A DNA stretch of 14,702 bases, from contig JBMFJL010000009.1 of assembly GCA_049973735.1 (NCBI GenBank), forward strand, positions 1 to 14,702, given 5' to 3'. The notes under the pieces were generated by a model, which worked only from the letters and a program-made list of their open reading frames with translations, was not told the origin of the DNA and ran no database searches. The DNA comes from Nanopusillaceae archaeon (GTDB taxonomy: Archaea; Nanobdellota; Nanobdellia; Nanobdellales; Nanobdellaceae). The position numbers were made by a program, and so were the translations under genes. Positions 1-7,078 of the stretch are shown here, piece by piece (position 1 is the stretch's first letter; each line of letters begins with the position of its first letter).

Positions 1-44
1 TATTTAAAAATAAAAGTTAAGTGTTATATTAAATTTTACTATTT

Positions 45-764
45 TTATTCAACAGTGTAATATATTCTTTTTCTATTTTTTCCTTTATTTTCTATTTTTA
101 TTAGTTTAATCTTTCCTATTTCTTTAGTGTTCGAAACATGTGGCCCTCCATCTGCTTGTATATCTATTCCTTCAATTTCTACAATTCTCCATATCTCCAC
201 ATCTGGTGGTGATTTTTCCAATAGCTTTACTATTCCTGGTATCTTTAATGCTTCTTCTCTCCTTAAGAAAAATACTTTTACAGGAATACCCTTACTTACA
301 ATTTTGTTTGCCTCCTCTATAACTTCTTCTATAGCTTTTTTAAGATCCTCACCAGATAGTTCTAGGTTGAAATCATCCCTAGCATATTCTGTGGATATGT
401 CTCCACCAGTTATTGAGGCACCATATTTCTTATAAATTATTGCAGCAATAATGTGGGAAGCAGTATGTAGTCTCATCAGTTTGTATCTTCTATCCCAATC
501 TAAGATCATGCTTATAGTATCTCCAACATTAAAATTTGGATTTCTATCAAGTATATGTACAGCATCATCTCCTTCTTTTACAACTTCTTTTACAATATAT
601 TCTTCATTTTTGTATATTATTTTTCCTGTATCGCTTTGTAATCCTCCAGATCTAGGATGAAATATTGTTTTATCCAATATTACCTTATTTCCGTCAATTT
701 TAATTACTTTTGCATCTGCACTTTTTAAATAACTATCTTTCCAATACAAAAATTCTGTAGCCAT
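45..764 (-). CDS. alaX: AlaX-M-type alanyl-tRNA editing protein (mischarged Ser/Gly-tRNA(Ala) deacylase; AlaRS second-additional-domain family)
   Basis: 239 aa. The N-terminal segment FHPRSGGLQSDTG matches the AlaRS/AlaX beta-barrel motif (F.p..GGQ..D.G). The first zinc motif HxxxH is present as H100-TAS-H104. The second motif region reads QADGGPHVSNTKEIG, where the family consensus is CGGTHV.nT.eIG. Size and architecture fit AlaX-M. Confidence 0.8.
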   Translation of the reverse strand: MATEFLYWKDSYLKSADAKVIKIDGNKVILDKTIFHPRSGGLQSDTGKIIYKNEEYIVKEVVKEGDDAVHILDRNPNFNVGDTISMILDWDRRYKLMRLHTASHIIAAIIYKKYGASITGGDISTEYARDDFNLELSGEDLKKAIEEVIEEANKIVSKGIPVKVFFLRREEALKIPGIVKLLEKSPPDVEIWRIVEIEGIDIQADGGPHVSNTKEIGKIKLIKIENKGKNRKRIYYTVE

Positions 765-823
765 TTTAAAGAATTTAAAAATAAATTAATAAAGCTTTTA
801 ACCTGCTATTATAAATATATTTT

Positions 824-1663
824 ATGATAGTACCAAGGGTCAGGACCTATATACCAGGTTTTGACGAGATTTTGTATGGAGGTATTCCAGATAGAAATGT
901 AGTATTATTGAGTGGAGGACCAGGTACTGGAAAATCTATATTGGGAAAGCAGTTCATATATAATGGATTAAAGATCGGAGAAAATGGTGTATTTGTTGCA
1001 TTAGAGGAACATCCAGTAGCAGTTAGGAGAAGTTTTAAATATTTTGGATGGGATATAAGTAAATATGAGCAAGAGGGAAAGTTTGCAATAATAGATGCAT
1101 TTACTGGAGGAGCTGGAACTGCTGCACAAAGGGAAAGATATATTGTAAAGGATATAGATAATGTTCATGAACTTGCGGATGTTTTAAGGCAAGCTATAAA
1201 AGATACAAATGCTAAAAGGGTTGTAGTGGATTCCGTTTCTACATTATATTTGACAAAGCCGGCAATGGCGAGATCTACAGTAATGCTATTAAAAAGGGTA
1301 ATATCTGGTTTGGGATGCACTGCAATATTTGTATCGCAAGTATCTGTTGGTGAAAGGGGCTTTGGAGGACCTGGTGTTGAACACGCAGTAGATGGTATAG
1401 TTAGATTAGATCTAGATGAAATAGATGGAAAATTATATAGATCTATAATTATATGGAAAATGAGAGATACAAAACATAGTTTGTTAAGGCATCCAATGGA
1501 AATAACCGACAATGGGATAGTAATACAATGGGATAAATATATTAAAATAGGAACAAATTACGTAAAGATAGAAAATATATCACAAGAGCAAATTGATTCT
1601 ATGAAGAAGGCTATTGAAGAAGCAGATAAAGTTAAATCGATGAAGAGTGTCGAAGAAGAATAA
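824..1663 (+). CDS. Single-domain KaiC-like / RecA-superfamily ATPase
   Basis: 279 aa. The N-terminus [35 protein letters not shown] is the KaiC/RadA-type signature with Walker [15 protein letters not shown] follows it, and Walker B is RVVVDSVS. About 40 aa of K/E-rich tail extend beyond the core. Confidence 0.82.
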   Translation: MIVPRVRTYIPGFDEILYGGIPDRNVVLLSGGPGTGKSILGKQFIYNGLKIGENGVFVALEEHPVAVRRSFKYFGWDISKYEQEGKFAIIDAFTGGAGTAAQRERYIVKDIDNVHELADVLRQAIKDTNAKRVVVDSVSTLYLTKPAMARSTVMLLKRVISGLGCTAIFVSQVSVGERGFGGPGVEHAVDGIVRLDLDEIDGKLYRSIIIWKMRDTKHSLLRHPMEITDNGIVIQWDKYIKIGTNYVKIENISQEQIDSMKKAIEEADKVKSMKSVEEE

Positions 1664-1664
1664 T

Positions 1665-2087
1665 ATGGAAATACCACTTAAACCTGTAGGAAAGGAAGAG
1701 ATTAGAAAACTGGAGAGTGCAATTTTACTGATGTCTCTTTTTGATAGGGAAACTTTTGAAAATATAAGAAATCCTGAAACGAGATTGACTTGGATAGATT
1801 CTCTATATATAGCAGCAGCGGCACTTGCTAGAGATAAAGCAGGAATGCCAATAACACAAATATCAGATGAATTGGGTGTTACAGAAATGACAATAAGAAA
1901 ACATTTAAAAGGAGAAACTAAAGCCGGACAAATAGTAGCTAGAGTATATGAAAAGTTATCTAAGGAAGGATTTAAGTTAGAATTACCAGATGAATTGTCT
2001 GTAGAATGTAGTAAAAAAATAAAGGAATTAGAAGAAAAATTAGAATTAATTAAGAATGTATTAAAAGATCTAATAAATAAGATATAA
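1665..2087 (+). CDS. Small helix-turn-helix protein with C-terminal coiled-coil, putative transcription regulator coupled to the KaiC-like ATPase
   Basis: The ORF track starts at GTG 1647, inside the kaiC-like gene. I prefer ATG 1665 (MEIPLKP...), 1 nt after the upstream TAA stop at 1661-1663. The HTH-like segment is ITQISDELGVTEMTIRKHL. The C-terminus KKIKELEEKLELIKNVLKDLINKI looks like a coiled coil. It is followed by a T7 tract at 2088-2094. Confidence 0.6.
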   Translation: MEIPLKPVGKEEIRKLESAILLMSLFDRETFENIRNPETRLTWIDSLYIAAAALARDKAGMPITQISDELGVTEMTIRKHLKGETKAGQIVARVYEKLSKEGFKLELPDELSVECSKKIKELEEKLELIKNVLKDLINKI

Positions 2088-2118
2088 TTTTTTTAATTAG
2101 TAAATACAATCCTTATAT

Positions 2119-2682
2119 ATGGCAAAAGTAATAAAAAGATCTGGTAAGGAAGAAGAGTATTTGTCGGATAAAGTATATAAATCTTTGATAAATGCAGGAG
2201 CTTCTGAGGAAGTTGCTAAAGAGATAACAAAAGAAATAGATGAAAAGGTAAAAAGAAGAGAAAAAATTTCTACAGATGAAATAAGAAGGTATATATTAAC
2301 AAGATTGGAACAGTTAGAACCTGAAGTTGCAGATGCATGGAGATTTTACGATAGAATATTTAAAGGAAGGATTACATTTGAAAATGGCAAAGCTCTTGTA
2401 GTAGAAAAAGGTAAATTGTATCTGGGAAGAACGGTAAAAGATTTCGACGGAAAAGGTTTACAAAATGCAGAGCAAGTTAAAGAAATATTAAATGAACTAA
2501 AAGAAGATATGGAATATGGATTAAGTCCAAAAGTAATTAATGCAAGATTGTATGCGCTTTTTATGGGAGTTTTACATAAAAAGGATATGCCAAAAGAAGA
2601 AAAGAAGAAAGCAATAGAATATATAAATAAATTTAGGGAGAGTCTGGGCTGGAAGCCTTATGAATTAAAACAACCATTATAA
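2119..2682 (+). CDS. ATP-cone domain protein with an uncharacterised C-terminal half
   Basis: 187 aa. The N-terminal ~90 aa (VIKRSGKEEEYLSDKVYKSLINAG...ISTDEIRRYILTRLEQLEPEVADAWRFY) follow the ATP-cone pattern seen in NrdR and class I/III RNR N-termini: V.KRdG..e.f...Ki..sl..A, then i.t.ei...v...L......va..Y. I recognise no family in residues ~95-187. Confidence 0.65.
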   Translation: MAKVIKRSGKEEEYLSDKVYKSLINAGASEEVAKEITKEIDEKVKRREKISTDEIRRYILTRLEQLEPEVADAWRFYDRIFKGRITFENGKALVVEKGKLYLGRTVKDFDGKGLQNAEQVKEILNELKEDMEYGLSPKVINARLYALFMGVLHKKDMPKEEKKKAIEYINKFRESLGWKPYELKQPL

Positions 2683-3324
2683 GAAGTCAGTTATATTTTT
2701 CTGATTGCTTTTCTTTATTTTTTTAATTGTAAGCCAACTCTCTCTTATATAGTCCCTTAATTTATCATAATTTTCTTTTATAGCTTTGATTGTTTTTTCA
2801 TCAGAAGGATATCCCGATCCAAAATTTATATTTGTTTCCTTTTTTATTTTATCTATTTCTCTATCTCTAATTACTTTTGCAATTATAGAAGCAGCAGAGA
2901 CTATGGGATAATTTTTATCTGCTTTATTCTCAGCAATTATATTTACTTCAAAATCTAAATTATTTTTTATTATTTCTACAACTTTTTTTGTATTTTTTAT
3001 TGGCGAATCTATTATAACAGTGTTTGGTCTTATTTCTTTTATTATCTTTATCATGTTTTTAAATTCTAATAAATTTAATCTATTCTTTTTTACATAATAA
3101 TCTATTTCTTTTGGAGATATTATTATATATTTATACTTATAAGATATATTTATTATCTTCTCAAAGAGTTTTTCTCTTTCATCTCTACTTAATTCCTTAG
3201 AATCTCTTACACCCAAATTTTTCAATTCTTCTAATTTGTCTTTTTCTATCGAATATCCGCAAATAACCATCGGACCAATTACAGGTCCTCTACCAGCTTC
3301 ATCAATTCCCAAAATTATTTCCAT
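2677..3324 (-). CDS. rnhB: Ribonuclease HII
   Basis: 215 aa. The N-terminus ILGIDEAGRGPVIGPMVICG is the canonical RNase HII catalytic motif. It also has SAASIIAKVIRD and GSGYPSD. Its start is overlapped by the cbf5 stop (3315-3324), so the two are translationally coupled. Confidence 0.93.
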   Translation of the reverse strand: MEIILGIDEAGRGPVIGPMVICGYSIEKDKLEELKNLGVRDSKELSRDEREKLFEKIINISYKYKYIIISPKEIDYYVKKNRLNLLEFKNMIKIIKEIRPNTVIIDSPIKNTKKVVEIIKNNLDFEVNIIAENKADKNYPIVSAASIIAKVIRDREIDKIKKETNINFGSGYPSDEKTIKAIKENYDKLRDYIRESWLTIKKIKKSNQKNITDFL

Positions 3325-4319
3325 GTTTTTGGATATAAATCTTTTTCAATAAATACTCTTTCAACATCTACAGCAATTCCAGAATCACTTTCCATAATTT
3401 TATTTGAATCCATCAATGCATAACCGACTGCTACAAGTTCATTTTTTAATGTATATATTGCTACAAGTTCATTTTCTTTTATATTAGAATATAATTTTGA
3501 GATGCCCTTTACATATAAATTAGATCCATATGCTATTGCATTTACAGCGGTATCTAAAATCCAGATCTTTTTTAGATGTTCTGCTGCAACTTCTGGAGGT
3601 AAAAATACTTTTCTAATATATTTTTCATTGCCCTCATTTTTCCAAAACCATATGGAGTCGATAATATCCTGTAATGTTACCAATGGATATTTTTCATCAT
3701 CTTCCCTTAATTCTCCTACTCTTATTCTCCTTAATTGCTGCATATGCGCTTTAGTTCCCAATTTTTTTCCAATATCATCAATTAGTTTCCTAATATATAC
3801 TCCAGCTTCTGTAGCAATCTGCAATAGCCAATCCCTTCCATCTACTTCTAATACTTTAATGCAATATACCTTCTTTTTTCTTGGTACTTTTTTTACAGCA
3901 GATTTCAATGGAGGTTTTTGTATAATTTCACCTTCAAATTCCCTCAATACTTTGTATACTTTTTCCTCTTCTACATCACTATGTATATGCATCCATGCAA
4001 TATACTCTTTCCCTGCAGTCAATAATAATCTTAAAACTTTTGTAGCCCTACCAATTCCAATCGGTAATACACCAGTAACTTTTGGATCTAAAGTGCCACT
4101 ATGACCAGTCTTTTTATTTAAAATATTTTTTACCCAGACGGAAACTTGGTGAGAACTCGGACCTTTTGGTTTATCTAAATTTATTATTGAATAATCTAAA
4201 AGTTTATTTATGGGTCTTTTCCATGGATCATATCCATATCTATAATCAGTTTCACTTTCTTTCTTGATTAATATTTCGTATTTTTCATTCTCATATGGAA
4301 ATTTACAATACTCAACCAT
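3315..4319 (-). CDS. cbf5: H/ACA RNP pseudouridine synthase Cbf5 (TruB family with C-terminal PUA domain)
   Basis: 334 aa. It has the TruB catalytic motif GHSGTLDPKVTGVLPIGIGRATK with the catalytic Asp. The archaeal Cbf5 N-terminus is present (YGYDPWKRPI, IINLDKPKGPSSHQV). The C-terminal region is PUA-like (LYVKGI...ELVAIYTLKNELVAVGYALM). Confidence 0.93.
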   Translation of the reverse strand: MVEYCKFPYENEKYEILIKKESETDYRYGYDPWKRPINKLLDYSIINLDKPKGPSSHQVSVWVKNILNKKTGHSGTLDPKVTGVLPIGIGRATKVLRLLLTAGKEYIAWMHIHSDVEEEKVYKVLREFEGEIIQKPPLKSAVKKVPRKKKVYCIKVLEVDGRDWLLQIATEAGVYIRKLIDDIGKKLGTKAHMQQLRRIRVGELREDDEKYPLVTLQDIIDSIWFWKNEGNEKYIRKVFLPPEVAAEHLKKIWILDTAVNAIAYGSNLYVKGISKLYSNIKENELVAIYTLKNELVAVGYALMDSNKIMESDSGIAVDVERVFIEKDLYPKTWK

Positions 4320-4324
4320 AAAAA

Positions 4325-4891
4325 CTATTCTTCTTTTTCTTCTTCTTTTTCTGATTGTTGTGAATTTTGGTTTTGTTGTAATTGCTGATTTACATTAAAT
4401 AATTTATCTTTATTTATATTTGAGAAAGGATTATATCCAATTAGATTTTCCTCATCTACCTTCACTAGATAACCTGGTGATGTTATTACTTTATTTCCAA
4501 TTACTATATGTCTATGAACTATTAGTTGTCTAGCCTGTTTTATTGTTTTTGCAAGTCCTTTTCTAAATACAATTGTTTGTAATCTTCTTTCCAATATTTC
4601 CCTTACAGTTATATTTAAAGCCTCAGTTATATCCGAATTTGGATTTAATAGTCCGTATTTAACTAACTTTTTCTTTATCAATTCTTCTTCTTTGGATACA
4701 TCAAAACCTGCTGCTTTTTTAGCATTTAAATATCTTATGTAGAATCTTATTTTTCTTGCTATTGTTTGTGCTTTCCATATTTCTCTTTTATTCTTTAATC
4801 CATATGTTCTCATTAATTCTTTTTCTAGTTTTATCCTATCTTTTTGCCAAGGATGAGTAGGACCTTCCCAAAGTTTTCTATGTCTCCACAT
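4325..4891 (-). CDS. rps4: 30S ribosomal protein uS4 (S4P/S9e type)
   Basis: 188 aa. It has GPTHPWQKDRI, YGLKNKREIWKAQ, and the S4 RNA-binding domain RRLQTIVFRKGLAKTIKQARQLIVHRHIVIGNKVITSPGYLV. An unusual Q/N- then E/K-rich tail (NQQLQQNQNSQQSEKEEEKEE) ends the protein. There is a 2-nt gap to rps13 and a 5-nt gap to cbf5. Confidence 0.9.
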   Translation of the reverse strand: MWRHRKLWEGPTHPWQKDRIKLEKELMRTYGLKNKREIWKAQTIARKIRFYIRYLNAKKAAGFDVSKEEELIKKKLVKYGLLNPNSDITEALNITVREILERRLQTIVFRKGLAKTIKQARQLIVHRHIVIGNKVITSPGYLVKVDEENLIGYNPFSNINKDKLFNVNQQLQQNQNSQQSEKEEEKEE

Positions 4892-4893
4892 GT

Positions 4894-5412
4894 TTATTTA
4901 TTCTCTTTTTCTTTTTGTTTCTGTTGGGCCCTTAATTCCTTACTTTTAATGACTCCTACAGTTCTTCCCTTTCTATGGTGAGATCTTGTCTTCTGTCCTC
5001 TAACTGGTAAATTATGTTGATGTCTATTTCCTCTCCATGTTTTATATTCAATTTCTCTCTTAATATCAAATTTAACTTGTATCTCCCAATCAGATCCGAC
5101 TAGATGTTTGTCTTCTCCAGTTACAGGATCTCTTCTTCTGTTAAATAACCATGTAGGAATTCCATATTTTTGCGGATTTCTTAAACAGTCTTCTAATTTT
5201 TCAAGTTGTTCATCAGTCAATGATCCCAATGCCTGATATTTATTTAATCCTAAAGCATAGCAAACTGCATGTGCAAATCTGAAATTTACTCCTGGTATTT
5301 TTACTAACTCTAAAAATAAAGGTCTATTACCCTTCAACTCTACTCCGACTATACGTACTACATCTTTCACATTGGCTCCCTCAGGGATAAACATTTTCAT
5401 TGCACCAGGCAT
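4894..5412 (-). CDS. rps13: 30S ribosomal protein uS13
   Basis: VRIVGVELKGNRPLFLELVKIPGVNFRFAHAVCYALGL and the basic C-terminus WRGNRHQHNLPVRGQKTRSHHRKGRTVG are typical of uS13. The track ORF begins at a GTG (5496) inside herA. I place the start at ATG 5412 (MPGAMKMF...), or possibly 5400 or 5394, because a TATA-like box lies about 20 nt upstream of it. Confidence 0.88.
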   Translation of the reverse strand: MPGAMKMFIPEGANVKDVVRIVGVELKGNRPLFLELVKIPGVNFRFAHAVCYALGLNKYQALGSLTDEQLEKLEDCLRNPQKYGIPTWLFNRRRDPVTGEDKHLVGSDWEIQVKFDIKREIEYKTWRGNRHQHNLPVRGQKTRSHHRKGRTVGVIKSKELRAQQKQKEKENK

Positions 5413-5432
5413 TTTAATAAATAAGTGAAAAA

Positions 5433-5442
5433 TATTTAAAAA
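5433..5442. promoter_or_regulatory. Shared near-palindromic TATA element of a divergent rps13 / herA-like promoter
   Basis: The 49-nt intergenic region is 5413-5461. The sequence TATTTAAAAA (5433-5442) reads TTTAAAAA on the plus strand, ending 19 nt before ATG 5462. It reads TTTAAATA on the minus strand, ending 20 nt before ATG 5412. That geometry fits leaderless transcripts in both directions. TATA-like strings are common in this AT-rich DNA, so this call is weak. Confidence 0.35.
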
Positions 5443-5461
5443 TGTATTACAAAAAGGATTA

Positions 5462-7078
5462 ATGAAAATAGGATATGTTGTTAATGAGGCTAACACCGAG
5501 TATTTTTATTTTGTGTTAGATCCTAAACATAAAAATTATATTGGTATTGGAAGTATTGTAAAAGTAATAATAAACAATTTAAATTATTTTGCTATAGTAG
5601 AAGAATTGAAATCTATATCGAAAGAAGAGGAAAGATTATTTGATTATGAAGCAATTGAGTGGATGTATGGAGAAATGAAGAAACCACAATATGAAATAAT
5701 AGGTAAGGCCATTTTTTTAGGATATATAAAAGATTCAAAGATGTATCCAGAAAAACCTAAGACTCCTCCTGTTCCAGGAGATGAAGTTTATATTCCATTA
5801 GAAGAAGAAATATATAAAATATATTCTTTTGATGATCCTAGGATGTTAATACCATTAGGAAAAATATATTTACAGGAAAGAGAATTTGAGATAATGCTAA
5901 ATATAAAAAATTTGATAATAAGACATACAGGAATATTCGGAATAACTGGTTCGGGTAAATCTACTACAGTCGCCCATATTGTAAATCAATTAATAAGAAA
6001 AAATATTCCTATTATATTGTTTGATATACACAGAGATTATATTTTGTCATACAATAATGCTACAATAATTACGTTCAGTAAAAGAGAAAAAGAGTTTTTA
6101 GAGAAATTAGCATATGAGAGAAATAAAAAAATAAAAATATATGTTGGAAAATTAAAATTAAATTTAATTGAAGATTATATGGAAGATTTCTTAGGAATTT
6201 CTAGTAAACAGGCACCACATGTCTATAATCTTTTATCAGAGATACTCGGAAGGAATCCTAAGACAATAAATGAAATGATAAATATAGTAAAGGAAAAAGC
6301 TAGATCTTCTACAGATCAACAGGTCAGAAGCGCAGCATTATCTTTAAGGTCTAGATTAATGAGGATAAGAGATTGGAATCTATTTTATAAAGATGTATCC
6401 GATGAAGGAGAAGATATAATAAAATTACTAGATAATCTAACTGATGAAATAATAAATATGAAAGGGTCAGATTATGAAGAAGTTTTAGAAAATGAGAATG
6501 GTGAAATAATAATAAGAAAGAGGGAAATAATTAATCCAAACTTAATAATTGTTGATTTATATCCATTATCTATCGAAGAGCAAAGAATGCTCCTAGGTAT
6601 AATATTAGAGTTTTTGTATAATAAATATAAAAAGATGAAATTTGAGGGTAAAACAGATATTTTAGGTATAGTAATAGAAGAAGCCCATAGATTTGCGGCA
6701 AAAGGAGTGGATGTAGCCAGTAAAATATCTTTAATTGCTAGAGAGGGTAGAAAATTTGGTTTAGGATTAATATTAGTATCTCAAATACCATCAATGATCT
6801 CAGAAGACATAATCTCCCAGATAAATACCTTTATATTGCTAAAAATAATTAATCCGAAAGATCTTGAATTTATAAGAAAAACATGTCCATATTTGTCCAG
6901 AGAATATTTTGAAGCATTGACGAAACTAGAAACAGGAAATTGTTTGGCAGTTGGATTGGCAATAAAAAACGCAGCAATATTAAAAATAATAAAGTCTGTT
7001 GATGTAGGTGGAACAGAAGAAGATATAGATACTAAAATTATAGAAAGGATAACACATGGAAATAAAAGTAATATTTAG
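5462..7078 (+). CDS. herA: HerA-like hexameric ATPase/translocase (FtsK-HerA superfamily, DUF87/COG0433 type)
   Basis: 538 aa. The N-terminal ~120 aa look like a beta-rich HAS-barrel (IGYVVNEANTEYFYFVL...GSIVKV...YFAIVEEL). Walker A is GIFGITGSGKST (nt 5930-5965). Walker B is LGIVIEEAHRFA (VIEEAHRF = nt 6671-6694). AREGRKFGLGLILVSQIPSMIS is the arginine-finger/sensor region typical of HerA. The C-terminus contains ETGNCLAVGLA. Confidence 0.85.
   Translation: MKIGYVVNEANTEYFYFVLDPKHKNYIGIGSIVKVIINNLNYFAIVEELKSISKEEERLFDYEAIEWMYGEMKKPQYEIIGKAIFLGYIKDSKMYPEKPKTPPVPGDEVYIPLEEEIYKIYSFDDPRMLIPLGKIYLQEREFEIMLNIKNLIIRHTGIFGITGSGKSTTVAHIVNQLIRKNIPIILFDIHRDYILSYNNATIITFSKREKEFLEKLAYERNKKIKIYVGKLKLNLIEDYMEDFLGISSKQAPHVYNLLSEILGRNPKTINEMINIVKEKARSSTDQQVRSAALSLRSRLMRIRDWNLFYKDVSDEGEDIIKLLDNLTDEIINMKGSDYEEVLENENGEIIIRKREIINPNLIIVDLYPLSIEEQRMLLGIILEFLYNKYKKMKFEGKTDILGIVIEEAHRFAAKGVDVASKISLIAREGRKFGLGLILVSQIPSMISEDIISQINTFILLKIINPKDLEFIRKTCPYLSREYFEALTKLETGNCLAVGLAIKNAAILKIIKSVDVGGTEEDIDTKIIERITHGNKSNI

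Noticed and set aside
127-660. Plus-strand ORFs 127-435, 140-322 and 451-660, antisense to alaX
   Set aside because: These are shadow ORFs. Their Ser/Leu/Phe/Ile-rich low-complexity sequences are what the antisense of a K/E/I-rich gene produces. They are fully contained in a well-supported CDS and carry no motifs.
1165-1512. Minus-strand 115-aa ORF inside the KaiC-like gene
   Set aside because: It is antisense to a strongly supported ATPase gene, and its sequence resembles no protein family.
1647-1664. GTG start (1647) for the HTH protein, overlapping the KaiC-like gene by 17 nt
   Set aside because: ATG 1665, 1 nt after the upstream stop, is the simpler start. The extra MSKKNN residues add nothing recognisable. 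The GTG start is not excluded, only less likely.
3429-3475. Perfect 17-nt direct repeat TGCTACAAGTTCATTTT, two copies 30 nt apart, inside cbf5
   Set aside because: It encodes the two NELVA(I/V) strands of the PUA domain (ENELVAIYTLKNELVAVG). A similar peptide duplication is typical of Cbf5 PUA domains. With strongly biased codon usage the nucleotide identity is unsurprising, so I do not read it as a mobile element or regulatory repeat.
3502-4267. Plus-strand ORFs 3502-4104 (200 aa) and 4082-4267 (61 aa), opposite cbf5
   Set aside because: These are long shadow ORFs of the Cbf5 gene. They are Ser/Phe/Leu/Asn-rich and low-complexity, while Cbf5 on the other strand has unambiguous catalytic motifs.
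5413-5496. N-terminal 28-aa extension of the uS13 ORF (GTG start at 5496), which would overlap the herA-like start
   Set aside because: The extension (MLASLTTYPIFINPFCNTFLNIFHLFIK) resembles no uS13 N-terminus, uses a GTG inside the neighbouring gene, and would read through the promoter region. ATG 5412 has a properly spaced TATA-like box.
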